Of a DNA stretch of 64,000 bases, positions 48,191 through 56,935 are shown piece after piece. This DNA comes from a phage, in the sequence record PV730300.1. One strand, written 5' to 3'. The position numbers were made by a program, and so were the translations under genes. The notes under the pieces were generated by a model, which ran no database searches, was not told the origin of the DNA, and saw nothing but the letters and a program-made list of their open reading frames with translations. Positions within the stretch are counted from its first letter, which is position 1. Every line of letters starts with the position of its first letter.

Positions 48191-48220
48191 ATTCTACACA
48201 AAGAGCTTTGCACATGTCAA
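48191..48220 (-). promoter_or_regulatory. sigma70-like promoter for 47963-48160, flanked by an 8-bp inverted repeat
   Basis: On minus strand: TTGACA, 18-nt spacer, TAGAAT; ACAAAGAG / CTCTTTGT inverted repeat brackets the -35. Confidence 0.4.
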
Positions 48221-48242
48221 GTAACTCTTTGTCAGATTAGTC

Positions 48243-48512
48243 TTAATGATTAGTGATGTTGATGACAATCTTAGTTTCAACCTTAGCCCAACAGTAGTCT
48301 GCTTCATTAAAACGACTAGTCACAATGTATTCTCCTGCACGAGAACCTGTTAAGCACACTGCACCTGTATCTGTAGCTAAGTAGTAGTCCCGTTCTTGTT
48401 CACTTACTTCTGAATCGTAGTAGTAGAAAACAGACATAGGTTCAATTTCATCTAAACGATATAATTTTGGAACAGGGGATTTCTCGATAAACTCGATAGA
48501 AGTCTTACTCAT
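48243..48512 (-). CDS. hypothetical protein (89 aa)
   Basis: ORF coupled to downstream gene. Confidence 0.45.
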   Translation of the reverse strand: MSKTSIEFIEKSPVPKLYRLDEIEPMSVFYYYDSEVSEQERDYYLATDTGAVCLTGSRAGEYIVTSRFNEADYCWAKVETKIVINITNH

Positions 48513-48706
48513 TTGTTTTCTCCTAGATCTAAACTAATTAAGAAGTCACGAAGGATGATCATTTGTTCTGTAGATAATGATAATACACCTTCTCCATAAA
48601 TATCACCAGACCATTCAGCAGTTAGATCTAGTGTACCAGTACCAGGAAACCAATCAATAGTGATCTGATTACCATTAGAGTCAGGTAGTATTTCACTGAC
48701 TAACAT
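48509..48706 (-). CDS. hypothetical protein (start at internal ATG, 65 aa)
   Basis: AGGAGAG RBS before internal ATG. Confidence 0.4.
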   Translation of the reverse strand: MLVSEILPDSNGNQITIDWFPGTGTLDLTAEWSGDIYGEGVLSLSTEQMIILRDFLISLDLGENK

Positions 48707-48875
48707 AACACACTCTCCTATTATTGTTCTTGATCTTACGATCATCTACCGATAAGAACAAGTACTTAAATCTCTGTTCTTCGAACATCTAACGATAGAG
48801 ATTAATCTATTACATAATCTATACTCGCTATCGCTCGACCCTTCGGGGTTAGGGTAGCATATTTTTTGAAAAAAG

Positions 48876-49199
48876 TCAACACTTATTTTTGGTAAGTAGA
48901 TAAATCAATTGTTCACCTGCCTCTGGTGCATATAGTGCTTTAGTATCGAAGTCAAAGAAGTGAGTGACTCCTGTTACTTTGGATGCATGAATAGATAATC
49001 GTGCAAGCTTAAGCAGATTATCCATTTCCGCAATCTTTGCACGAAATACTGCACGTGTAGCGTCAAAAGCTGCATGTGGCATGTATTTACGATTTAGACT
49101 ACTACGTTTAAATTTACGATAATCTGCAATGATCTTGTTACGTTCTTTGTTCAAGTGCTTTACCAGTGCAGTATATACATGTGGTTCTTTGTTAGCCAT
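48876..49199 (-). CDS. hypothetical protein (start at internal ATG, 107 aa)
   Basis: GAGGAG RBS before MANKEPHV. Confidence 0.4.
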   Translation of the reverse strand: MANKEPHVYTALVKHLNKERNKIIADYRKFKRSSLNRKYMPHAAFDATRAVFRAKIAEMDNLLKLARLSIHASKVTGVTHFFDFDTKALYAPEAGEQLIYLLTKNKC

Positions 49200-49404
49200 T
49201 GTTAATCTCCTCTTCATATGTTGGTAGTGCATGGTATGCGATCACAGGTGCCAAGTCAAAATAAAAATGACCATTGATAACAGCTATCGTGCCATTGCGT
49301 GTTTTGTTAACTTCACAGAATCCCTTCTTGCCGTTTGCCATGATTACAAGCCACTCTCCGATAGGAACATCCTCAGTACCAGATACTTTAATCCATCCAC
49401 TCAC
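49192..49404 (-). CDS. hypothetical protein (70 aa)
   Basis: ORF coupled to neighbours. Confidence 0.4.
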   Translation of the reverse strand: MSGWIKVSGTEDVPIGEWLVIMANGKKGFCEVNKTRNGTIAVINGHFYFDLAPVIAYHALPTYEEEINNG

Positions 49405-49724
49405 TTTACTTCCCCTTTGTAATCGGACACTATACCAGGTCTTACTTTTGCCTTAAGATGTTTCAACTCTGCCATAGGAGTTGCCACTTGTATAAGGTTA
49501 ATAATTTCAACCTCGTAGATAGTATACTCATAACCCGCATACTTCCCAATGGAATGCAGGTATTTGATAGCATGTTCAGGTGAATCTGCTTCAACATACC
49601 CCAAATCTTTTGTAGTGCGGCCTTCACAGTCGCCTTCTGTAGTTACGTGATAAAGTGTCATAAAACCTCCTCGTAGTAAGGCAAAGCTTTGATTAACTGT
49701 TCTGAAGTGCCATTCTCTGTCCAT
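49401..49724 (-). CDS. hypothetical protein (start uncertain)
   Basis: ORF; possible internal start at MTLYHV. Confidence 0.4.
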   Translation of the reverse strand: MDREWHFRTVNQSFALLRGGFMTLYHVTTEGDCEGRTTKDLGYVEADSPEHAIKYLHSIGKYAGYEYTIYEVEIINLIQVATPMAELKHLKAKVRPGIVSDYKGEVK

Positions 49725-49803
49725 GTAACCCCGTTGTCAAGAGAAACAAACCCTTTCTTATCGATAAATTTACGGAGACAACCAGTGAACTTGTTTTTGT
49801 AGA

Positions 49804-50247
49804 TCATTTCTTCTTTCCTTTCTTTAATTTGTTGTGACCTTTACCCTTATAAAGCTTGTGATTACGAGCAGAGGGGTTATTTTGGTTCTCCAGTCGGCTA
49901 ACAGGTGTATTCCAAAGATTTCCTGCTACAAAAGATGCTGCCACAAGTTCTTCCAGGTATACAAAATCCAAAACAGGTATCTTTGTTTCCCTCATCTTGC
50001 GTTCTACATTAGACAACACGCCTTCTTCCTGACTGTCTTCTTTTTCAATTACAGACCAACCCTCTTCCTGCCAAGCTTCCCCTCTGAACCAAGTTTCCAT
50101 GTTATAACCTTGTTCGTCGAGAATAACACCATCTCGCATCTCAAACCATTCGCCACCACAAAAATGGCGGTGCTCAACACGTCTACCTTCCTTCATTGCT
50201 TCTTTAGCTTCGGGCCAAGTCAGTTTGATGTTTTGGATGTTTTGCAT
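49804..50247 (-). CDS. hypothetical protein with basic C-terminal tail (147 aa)
   Basis: First gene after the divergent promoter; Trp-rich N-terminal half, KGKGHNKLKKGKKK tail. Confidence 0.5.
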   Translation of the reverse strand: MQNIQNIKLTWPEAKEAMKEGRRVEHRHFCGGEWFEMRDGVILDEQGYNMETWFRGEAWQEEGWSVIEKEDSQEEGVLSNVERKMRETKIPVLDFVYLEELVAASFVAGNLWNTPVSRLENQNNPSARNHKLYKGKGHNKLKKGKKK

Positions 50248-50277
50248 TTGTTTTCTCCTTTTGTTTGGTAGGAGTTG

Positions 50278-50336
50278 ATCTTAACAAGATTAAAAAGTAT
50301 GTCAATACTTGATCTGAAATTATTTTCAGGTATCAT
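50278..50336. promoter_or_regulatory. divergent back-to-back sigma70-like promoters
   Basis: Minus strand: TTGACA-16-TAAGAT (same type as the early cassettes); plus strand: TTGATC-16-TATCAT; the two -35 boxes are a few bp apart. Confidence 0.5.
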
Positions 50337-50361
50337 GTATGAACATTAACAAGAGAGGTAG

Positions 50362-50655
50362 ATGATGAACATTACTTTAGCAACTAAGAATATTTCTGAA
50401 ACAATTAACGGTTTTGGTGTGATTGTAGCCTTGCACGGTAACAATGAGAAATGGTTGGCTTCTTTTGAAGAGGATCGTCAACACAACATTATTTTAGATG
50501 CCCCTATAAAAGTTATGCATATCGTTGGTGAAAGCAAAGTGCTCACTTCCTCCCGTTCAAAAGAACAAATTACAAATGAATTAGTAAAACTGCTTGACAA
50601 TGTTCTTAACATGTTTGATAATGCACCCATCGATACAAAACGTGTCTTAATGTGA
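50362..50655 (+). CDS. hypothetical protein (97 aa)
   Basis: AGAGAGG RBS; first gene of plus-strand block. Confidence 0.5.
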   Translation: MMNITLATKNISETINGFGVIVALHGNNEKWLASFEEDRQHNIILDAPIKVMHIVGESKVLTSSRSKEQITNELVKLLDNVLNMFDNAPIDTKRVLM

Positions 50656-50667
50656 GAGGAGAACAAA

Positions 50668-50955
50668 ATGTACTATTCACAAGACGAAGTAGCAAACATT
50701 AAACTGGCAGTGGGAGATCTTATTGTGTCACCTAACTACTATTGGGATAACACAGATTTGGTTGAAGTAGTAACCCATGTTGGAGTTGAAGGTATTGTGC
50801 TCTACACACTAGGTGGAGGTGTTGTTGGGGAAATGGAACGTTATACGACAACGAAGAAACTGGTAAGCTCTTATCACATGTTTTTACACCAAGGTTCGGA
50901 AGAGTATACAGCTTTCTTGTTGAAATTAGATGCAGATCGGGAGAAGGCACGATGA
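50668..50955 (+). CDS. hypothetical protein (95 aa)
   Basis: ORF with GAGGAG RBS. Confidence 0.45.
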   Translation: MYYSQDEVANIKLAVGDLIVSPNYYWDNTDLVEVVTHVGVEGIVLYTLGGGVVGEMERYTTTKKLVSSYHMFLHQGSEEYTAFLLKLDADREKAR

Positions 50956-51308
50956 AAATTGTACACGATGAAATTCAAATAGAAGAAAGTGACCTGATGG
51001 ATTTGGATGCAGTTTTGGGAAAGGTAATCTATGCAGGAATTAAAGCCTTCCGTGAGAAGGCAAACAATAGCACGTTTGTCATGATCCCCACTAAACTGAT
51101 GCGTGTTTTGTATCCAAATAGAAGTGCGCCGTATACAGATGAAGAAGAGGAGACAGGTAGAAGAGAGTGGTTAAATATTTTAGAAAAGATGGAGAATGCT
51201 TTTATTGATAGTGGTAATCCAGAAATCGTGTATGCTGAAGATCAAAGGAAGGCACGATTAGAGGGCCGTCTTTTATTCGCTAGTTATTTTGATAATCTTT
51301 GGAGCTAA
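50952..51308 (+). CDS. hypothetical protein (118 aa)
   Basis: Translationally coupled (ATGA overlap). Confidence 0.45.
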   Translation: MKIVHDEIQIEESDLMDLDAVLGKVIYAGIKAFREKANNSTFVMIPTKLMRVLYPNRSAPYTDEEEETGRREWLNILEKMENAFIDSGNPEIVYAEDQRKARLEGRLLFASYFDNLWS

Positions 51309-51487
51309 ATATGTCTGAATTCTTCACAATGGCTTTCTTAGGGATCTATCTGATTATTAGTGCTGTTGGCTTAATCATGTCTCTAATAGAGGGAATGGGA
51401 ATTAAGTGGAATTGTGCATTCGGTATAGCTCTTATGCTCACTCCGGTTTGGATCTACATCTGCAAAGCAGTTGAACTCATTGGTTAA
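51299..51487 (+). CDS. small membrane protein (62 aa)
   Basis: Two hydrophobic helices. Confidence 0.4.
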   Translation: MELNMSEFFTMAFLGIYLIISAVGLIMSLIEGMGIKWNCAFGIALMLTPVWIYICKAVELIG

Positions 51488-51836
51488 TGGAGGTAATATG
51501 TTTAGTAAAGAAATGAGAGAGGTGATCGCTACTCTGGTAGTAGATCATGGTGTTGAAGTTGAGCGTCACGTTTGGAAAGATGAGCCTCCTTTCTTTGATT
51601 TGGCATCACGGGCTAAAAGTCACATGTATCTCCTTGAAGATGATAAGGATTTTATTCTGCGTATGCGTTATGATCGAGAGTTTAGAATTCCTCTTGACAC
51701 AGATCCTGATGATGTAGTATTGTGGTTGGCAGAGCATTTCGCATTTAACGCTCTACATGGAAGAAGTTTTGGTAATGAACGTTGGGATACCATTTGTCGT
51801 AAACATAATATTGAACCAGAATACGGGAGTATGTAA
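51471..51836 (+). CDS. hypothetical protein (121 aa)
   Basis: ORF in block. Confidence 0.45.
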   Translation: MNSLVNGGNMFSKEMREVIATLVVDHGVEVERHVWKDEPPFFDLASRAKSHMYLLEDDKDFILRMRYDREFRIPLDTDPDDVVLWLAEHFAFNALHGRSFGNERWDTICRKHNIEPEYGSM

Positions 51837-52087
51837 TGTTAAGCGTTAAGCCTAAGATGATCAGTGAAGACCAGAAAGATTTCATTTACAAGTGTGGACG
51901 AATCTGGAGAGAGTATACCAAGGGTAACGAGGTCGTGGTGGTTACTGAACACCAGATTGAAATCTCTGATCTTTTCGGTGATTATTTGCAAGTGATCAAA
52001 TTAGGCATTGACAGAGGTTTGGTGCAGGTGTTAACATTATCCCAAGTTGAAGCAGAACACTTAGACAAAATCATTGTCGAGTTCTAA
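51836..52087 (+). CDS. hypothetical protein (83 aa)
   Basis: ORF coupled to neighbours. Confidence 0.45.
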   Translation: MLSVKPKMISEDQKDFIYKCGRIWREYTKGNEVVVVTEHQIEISDLFGDYLQVIKLGIDRGLVQVLTLSQVEAEHLDKIIVEF

Positions 52088-52100
52088 GAGGAGAAAGAAT

Positions 52101-52265
52101 ATGATCTCTTTAGAATCAATAGCTTTTAAGAAAGGGTATACCGCAGGGTTCAAGTTTGGTATGTTTAATAAAGTAAATCCATACTGTCCAATGACACACA
52201 AAAAGGAATTCGAAGAATGGGAAGATGGATTTTCTAAAGGCTACCAGGCAAAGGGTTGGTTGTAA
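52101..52265 (+). CDS. hypothetical protein (54 aa, start at internal ATG)
   Basis: AGAGGAGAAAG RBS before ATG at 52101. Confidence 0.4.
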   Translation: MISLESIAFKKGYTAGFKFGMFNKVNPYCPMTHKKEFEEWEDGFSKGYQAKGWL

Positions 52266-52274
52266 GGAGAGAAT

Positions 52275-52439
52275 ATGATTTTAAACTTCATCATCAACTT
52301 GTGTTTGACATTGGGACTACTCTGTGCAATAGTATCCCCTCTGGTTGGTGAATATTATTCTGAACTGGCGATGTTTATAGTTCTTGGTGCGGCTATTGCT
52401 AATATGTTTGTCGCTGCGATTTGTATGTTGTGGGAATAG
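52275..52439 (+). CDS. small membrane protein (54 aa), not in ORF track
   Basis: AAGGAGAG RBS; two hydrophobic segments. Confidence 0.35.
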   Translation: MILNFIINLCLTLGLLCAIVSPLVGEYYSELAMFIVLGAAIANMFVAAICMLWE

Positions 52440-52450
52440 GAGGGAAGTTT

Positions 52451-52807
52451 ATGAAAAAATTAATCTTAGCCACATTGCTGGCTACCGTAAGCTTCACCAC
52501 TTACGCTCAAAAATTTGTAGCAGTTAAAACGGATATTGGTAAAGATGTTGTGATCACAGGCAACAAATTTTACTATACACCTGGAAATGGTGTTCTAGAA
52601 GAGTGCCAAGATGTTGAGGCATATACAGGAAAAGAAGATAACACGGAACGTCCTTTTTATTCTATTATAGCTACTTGCAAAAATGAAATAGTAGCTATTA
52701 AACAATACAAAGATGCCCCTGGAGGAGAGTACTTATTAATCAAGAATATTAAGAGTGAAAAAACTGCAAAGTTTACAGTAATTATTTTAAAAGGAGAAAC
52801 GTTCTAA
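52451..52807 (+). CDS. secreted protein (start at internal ATG)
   Basis: Signal peptide MKKLILATLLATVSFTTYA; AGGAGGG RBS. Confidence 0.5.
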   Translation: MKKLILATLLATVSFTTYAQKFVAVKTDIGKDVVITGNKFYYTPGNGVLEECQDVEAYTGKEDNTERPFYSIIATCKNEIVAIKQYKDAPGGEYLLIKNIKSEKTAKFTVIILKGETF

Positions 52808-53946
52808 TGAAATACACTATTTTTGGAGATGTGGCTGTTGTAAATAAGGAATATGGTGTTGAAGCTAATAAACTTCCTGCTGGAGTTTGGGTTGTCAACT
52901 GCGATCCGCACGGTAACTACTCTTTAGTGCGTGGCGAAAGTTTCTCTCTTCCGAACACTCTTTATGGGGAAACTAAAGACCGCGCCGCACATGTTATTAA
53001 AACATTTGCTCGTCGTAGTAAAGAAGGTAAAAATACTGGGGTGTTACTGACAGGGACAAAGGGCAGTGGTAAGACGATGTTAGCTAAACTGATTAGCATG
53101 TCCCTAATGTCCACAGAAGGTTTAGGTATTCCAACCATTTTGGTTACACAGCCTTACACAGATGCTGGCTTCTTAGAATTTATGAGTAAAATTACAGATC
53201 GTGCTGTTGTTTTATTTGACGAATTTGATAAAGTGTACGCTAAGAAAGAAGATCAGGAAGCACTGTTGACCTTGTTGGATGGAACAGGAAGTGGGAATAA
53301 ACTTTACATCCTAACTAAAAATAGTGGTTATATCTCGGAATATTTTGTAAACCGTCCTAGTCGTATCTATTATAGTTTCAATTACGATAAACTGTCTAGT
53401 GAAACTATGTTAGATTACTTGGATAAGAACTTGGTAAATAAAAAACACGTAGATAACTTCCAACGTTTATGGGATGTTAGTACAGAGTTGTCTTTTGATG
53501 TTATTCAAGGTATTGTAGAAGAATTGAATTTCTATCCAAAAATGACTTTTAAAGAATGTCTGGAAATGATGGGTATTTCTTTAGGCAACGATGCTAAATG
53601 GAATGTGGCTTCTATCGTAGCTAATGGCAAAACGCTGAAGGTGAATTGGATCAATAACTGGCACGACTTCACCCCTACTAAGTTTTTGTCGGGTGCTTGT
53701 TCCTTGAACATCTATCTACAAAGCTTGAAAGATGATGAAGTGGAAGCAATGGAAACCAATAGTTATGTTATCCTAGACGAAGATGGCGACCCACATATTG
53801 ATCTATGTGCAACTGCTGATGGTCTAACTTGTGATCTGATTGAAGGTGGTAAGATCCTGGTGATGAGCACTACACCAGGAAACACTCTGCGAGTGGTGCT
53901 GGAGCCTGTAACGCAGCGATCTACCACACTGGGTAGCGTATTCTGA
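52807..53946 (+). CDS. AAA+ / P-loop ATPase (379 aa)
   Basis: Walker A GTKGSGKT and Walker B VVLFDEFD. Confidence 0.65.
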   Translation: MKYTIFGDVAVVNKEYGVEANKLPAGVWVVNCDPHGNYSLVRGESFSLPNTLYGETKDRAAHVIKTFARRSKEGKNTGVLLTGTKGSGKTMLAKLISMSLMSTEGLGIPTILVTQPYTDAGFLEFMSKITDRAVVLFDEFDKVYAKKEDQEALLTLLDGTGSGNKLYILTKNSGYISEYFVNRPSRIYYSFNYDKLSSETMLDYLDKNLVNKKHVDNFQRLWDVSTELSFDVIQGIVEELNFYPKMTFKECLEMMGISLGNDAKWNVASIVANGKTLKVNWINNWHDFTPTKFLSGACSLNIYLQSLKDDEVEAMETNSYVILDEDGDPHIDLCATADGLTCDLIEGGKILVMSTTPGNTLRVVLEPVTQRSTTLGSVF

Positions 53947-53962
53947 TACAGCACAAATAGCT

Positions 53963-53988
53963 AAACCCGCTTCGGCGGGTTTTGTTAT
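53963..53988 (+). terminator. rho-independent terminator
   Basis: AAACCCGC-ttcg-GCGGGTTT hairpin followed by TGTTATATT. Confidence 0.6.
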
Positions 53989-54015
53989 ATTGATTTCAGT
54001 TTAATAGGAAGAGAA

Positions 54016-55023
54016 TTGTTAGATATGCCAGTAAAGAAGAGTATTGAAACATATATGGAAGAATGTAAGCCGATAGCTGAGGCTAAAGGGATTACCATTC
54101 TCGGCACGTATGGAGAAGATAAAGGTGTGCATACGAAGATGATCAATCGTTGTGAGCATGGTCATGAATGGAATACTACAACGTTTCACAGTTTTAAAGA
54201 TGGTCGAGGTTGTCCTAAGTGCGCCTACAGAGAACGTTCGAAAAAGAGAAGCAAAGCTATCACTATTCCAGACCAGCAACACATACAAGATTTTATGAAG
54301 GTAGGTAAATTTAAGGAAGGCACTATTTTCACCAATACAGGGGAACGTAAAGGGTGTGATATAGTATGGATGGTTGAATGTCCTGTTTGCTCTCATGATG
54401 AATATGTGGAAGCTGGGGTGTGTGATGGTAAATTCTATGCTACCGGAAGTCATCTTAAACGTGGGTGTCTCCCTTGCCGCTGTTCTACGAGTTACAAATA
54501 CACAGAGGATCAGACCACCTATAGAACAAGAAAGGAAGTAGAAAGGAGAGGATATATATGGGTAGGATGGATCGGTAAACCTTCAACAATGGGTAAGTTT
54601 AAATATGGATGTAAGGAGCACGGGGAACAGATAGGGCGTGCAGATGGTTTGCTACATAAGGGGAGTGGGTGTCCGCAGTGCGGGGGCCAAAACCAACAAC
54701 AATGTTACATTAATCATATTTATGATGAAGATGGTATTCTTTGTGCACTGAAGTTTGGTATTGCCAATAGTAGTGATCGCCGTATCAAAGAACAGAATAG
54801 CCGCAATGTGTTTACTATGAGACAAGTTCAAGTGTGGCAGTTCCCCACTGTGAAGCAGTGCAAAAATTCAGAAAAGTATTGCAAAAAGGTGTTAGACACA
54901 GAAGCAGTGAGCAAATATGCTATGCCAGACGGCTACACAGAAACAGTGGAGCTATCTTGTTTGGCCTCAATACAAAACATTTATAAACTTTATGGTGGAA
55001 CATTACAGGAGGAAACATGTTAG
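54016..55023 (+). CDS. cysteine-rich multi-zinc-finger protein (335 aa)
   Basis: Several CxxC pairs (GCPKCAY, CPVCSHDE, CLPCRC, GCPQCGG, CKEHG). Confidence 0.45.
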   Translation: MLDMPVKKSIETYMEECKPIAEAKGITILGTYGEDKGVHTKMINRCEHGHEWNTTTFHSFKDGRGCPKCAYRERSKKRSKAITIPDQQHIQDFMKVGKFKEGTIFTNTGERKGCDIVWMVECPVCSHDEYVEAGVCDGKFYATGSHLKRGCLPCRCSTSYKYTEDQTTYRTRKEVERRGYIWVGWIGKPSTMGKFKYGCKEHGEQIGRADGLLHKGSGCPQCGGQNQQQCYINHIYDEDGILCALKFGIANSSDRRIKEQNSRNVFTMRQVQVWQFPTVKQCKNSEKYCKKVLDTEAVSKYAMPDGYTETVELSCLASIQNIYKLYGGTLQEETC

Positions 55024-55382
55024 TTGACGTTCAAATTATGCGCAACGAAAGAATGGACTTCTTTGAAGCAGTAGAGAAACATCTGATCAGATGGGACTAT
55101 GAATTTGTTCCTGCTGGATGTGGACCAGTAGAGCATTTAGCGGAAGACGACGATGTATACATGATCATTCGTCAAGTGTACCAGACAGACCAGTGTGAAG
55201 AAACTCCCGAACTGATTTTGTTTGAGTGTAAAGATCTTGCAAAATATTTTGACTATGGCGGAAAAGAGGGTCATAATCTCTCCAGATACAATAAACGTCT
55301 ACTTATCTTAGACTACATGCGGAACAACAAACACAAACTCATCGACGCAGACGCAGTTTATGGCTACTGGTGGATGGACTAA
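55017..55382 (+). CDS. hypothetical protein (121 aa)
   Basis: ORF coupled to upstream gene. Confidence 0.45.
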   Translation: MLVDVQIMRNERMDFFEAVEKHLIRWDYEFVPAGCGPVEHLAEDDDVYMIIRQVYQTDQCEETPELILFECKDLAKYFDYGGKEGHNLSRYNKRLLILDYMRNNKHKLIDADAVYGYWWMD

Positions 55383-55395
55383 CAAAGGAGAAACT

Positions 55396-55584
55396 ATGGC
55401 ACGTTTAGCAGATAACCCTGTATTCTACCCCGTTCTTGATCTTTATGATGAATTGACATATGTTGTGGAGCGGTATAACTACAATGAAGATCTTTTGGAG
55501 ACAAACCTTAAAGTGGTCCTGATGAAAGCCTATCAGAAAGGGCAACGTGAAATTTTGGAGAGTATGAAAAATGCGAATAACTGA
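55396..55584 (+). CDS. hypothetical protein (62 aa, start at internal ATG)
   Basis: AAGGAGAAA RBS before ATG at 55396. Confidence 0.4.
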   Translation: MARLADNPVFYPVLDLYDELTYVVERYNYNEDLLETNLKVVLMKAYQKGQREILESMKNANN

Positions 55585-56113
55585 TGATTATGTATTCTTC
55601 TTTTCACATAAAGATGTGTTTAGTAATTGGTATATTGCACCCTTTACAGAAACCGAACCAGGTTACAATCAAACATTTAATTGTGTCGAACAATATATGA
55701 TGTGGCGTAAAGCTTTGCTTTTTAATGACCACAACACTGCACAGGCTATTCTGACTCATAGCTTGATACGGAAAGATGAGAAGATCCAAGCTTATTACAA
55801 ACGTATGGGTAGGGCAGTGTCGGATTTTGATAACAACGTATGGGAAGAGAACCGTGAGCGTATTGTTATGCGAGGTTTATGCTTGAAATATGTACAGAAT
55901 CCAGATTTGTATGCAGACTTACACCTTTACCAATATAAAACGTTTGTTGAAGCAAGCCCCTACGATAAGGTTTACGGAATTGGAATGGGGATGTATGAAC
56001 CAGGGGTGCTAAACCCTGCCACCTGGAAAGGGCAGAATCTTTTAGGCAAATATCATAATAAACTGATCGAAATACTTTTCCCAGACAAAATACCGCAAAG
56101 ACGATATTTGTGA
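55571..56113 (+). CDS. NADAR (YbiA-like) domain protein (180 aa)
   Basis: FFFSHKDVFSNWY, CVEQYMMWRKA, NVWEE and FVEASPYDKVYGIGMG match the conserved NADAR blocks. Confidence 0.6.
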   Translation: MRITDDYVFFFSHKDVFSNWYIAPFTETEPGYNQTFNCVEQYMMWRKALLFNDHNTAQAILTHSLIRKDEKIQAYYKRMGRAVSDFDNNVWEENRERIVMRGLCLKYVQNPDLYADLHLYQYKTFVEASPYDKVYGIGMGMYEPGVLNPATWKGQNLLGKYHNKLIEILFPDKIPQRRYL

Positions 56114-56167
56114 TATTTTAACTTTTTTCATTTTTAGAACAAAGGTGTCACTTTGTAGCACAGAAAT

Positions 56168-56207
56168 AAGGCTCCTACAGCACCGTAGAGAGCCTGTTAT
56201 TTTGTCT
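56168..56207 (+). terminator. rho-independent terminator closing the plus-strand block
   Basis: AGGCTC...GAGCCT extended hairpin with internal CTAC/GTAG pairing, followed by GTTATTTTGTCTT. Confidence 0.5.
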
Positions 56208-56355
56208 TATACAAACACTTATCTTTTTCAGTTTGCATCACTAGAATTAGATCTAGGTGGGTTCCTGAAGGTTTACCAATAAGATTAAAGGTTATCTCAA
56301 ATTACCACTACCTGTTATCTCAAAAAATCCCTCAAATTATTTAAACTTTTTAAGA

Positions 56356-56543
56356 ATTTACAAAAGTGAAAGTTGAAAACCAAAATTTAAAGTTTAGGAA
56401 AATTATCTTAAAATGTCAGATACAAAACAAAACTCAAAAGTCAAGGAAAATTTTAAAAATTTTGCGCGCCCACAGTATTTAAAGTTTTTTTGCTTTTACA
56501 AAAATGAAAGTACAAAAGCAAAATTTAAAGTTTACAAAAATTT
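56356..56543. repeat. two copies of a ~45-bp AT-rich direct repeat (about 56356-56405 and 56493-56543)
   Basis: acaaaagtgaaagttgaaaaccaaaatttaaagtttaggaaaatta vs acaaaaatgaaagtacaaaagcaaaatttaaagtttacaaaaattta. Confidence 0.6.
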
Positions 56544-56554
56544 ATGCAGATGGG

Positions 56555-56664
56555 AATGAGAAGAGTTCTCATATGGAAATGCAAATGATAATGATTCGCA
56601 TTTAGGTTTATAAATGAGATTGATTCTTATTTGATAAGGTAAATGATAAGCATTCTCATTTAGA
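56555..56664. repeat. four iteron-like imperfect palindromes, about 27-bp periodicity
   Basis: gaatgagaagagttctcatatgg / aaatgataatgattcgcatttagg / aaatgagattgattcttatttga / aaatgataagcattctcatttaga. Confidence 0.6.
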
Positions 56665-56895
56665 GAATGACGCGCAGGGGTGGTGTTTGTCTCGCGCTCC
56701 CGTGTCCCCTCGCCATGTAATAAGAATAACAGATCCAGCCAGGAAAGCAAGCGATTATTTTTATCTTTACATTTCTTTACAAATATATAGCGCCCAGCCT
56801 CCCGGCGATCGACCTTCCAACCGGTGCCCCTGGTATGTTAGCCCCGCCTTTACGCCGTGGGGGTGGCGCTTCCTCTTCTGTATGTAAAACAGTAT

Positions 56896-56935
56896 AAGCC
56901 CGATCCCTGGGCTTGTCAAGATTATTTTTTGTTTT
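56896..56935. terminator. bidirectional hairpin terminator in GC-rich block
   Basis: AAGCCC-gatccctg-GGGCTT hairpin; T-run downstream on plus strand, TGTTTT downstream on minus strand after the stop of 56922-57188. Confidence 0.4.

Noticed and set aside
56680-56900. Possible tRNA or tmRNA in the GC-rich block
   Set aside because: No T-loop consensus (GTTCGAATC-like) and no acceptable cloverleaf could be drawn by eye on either strand; left as unexplained structured sequence.
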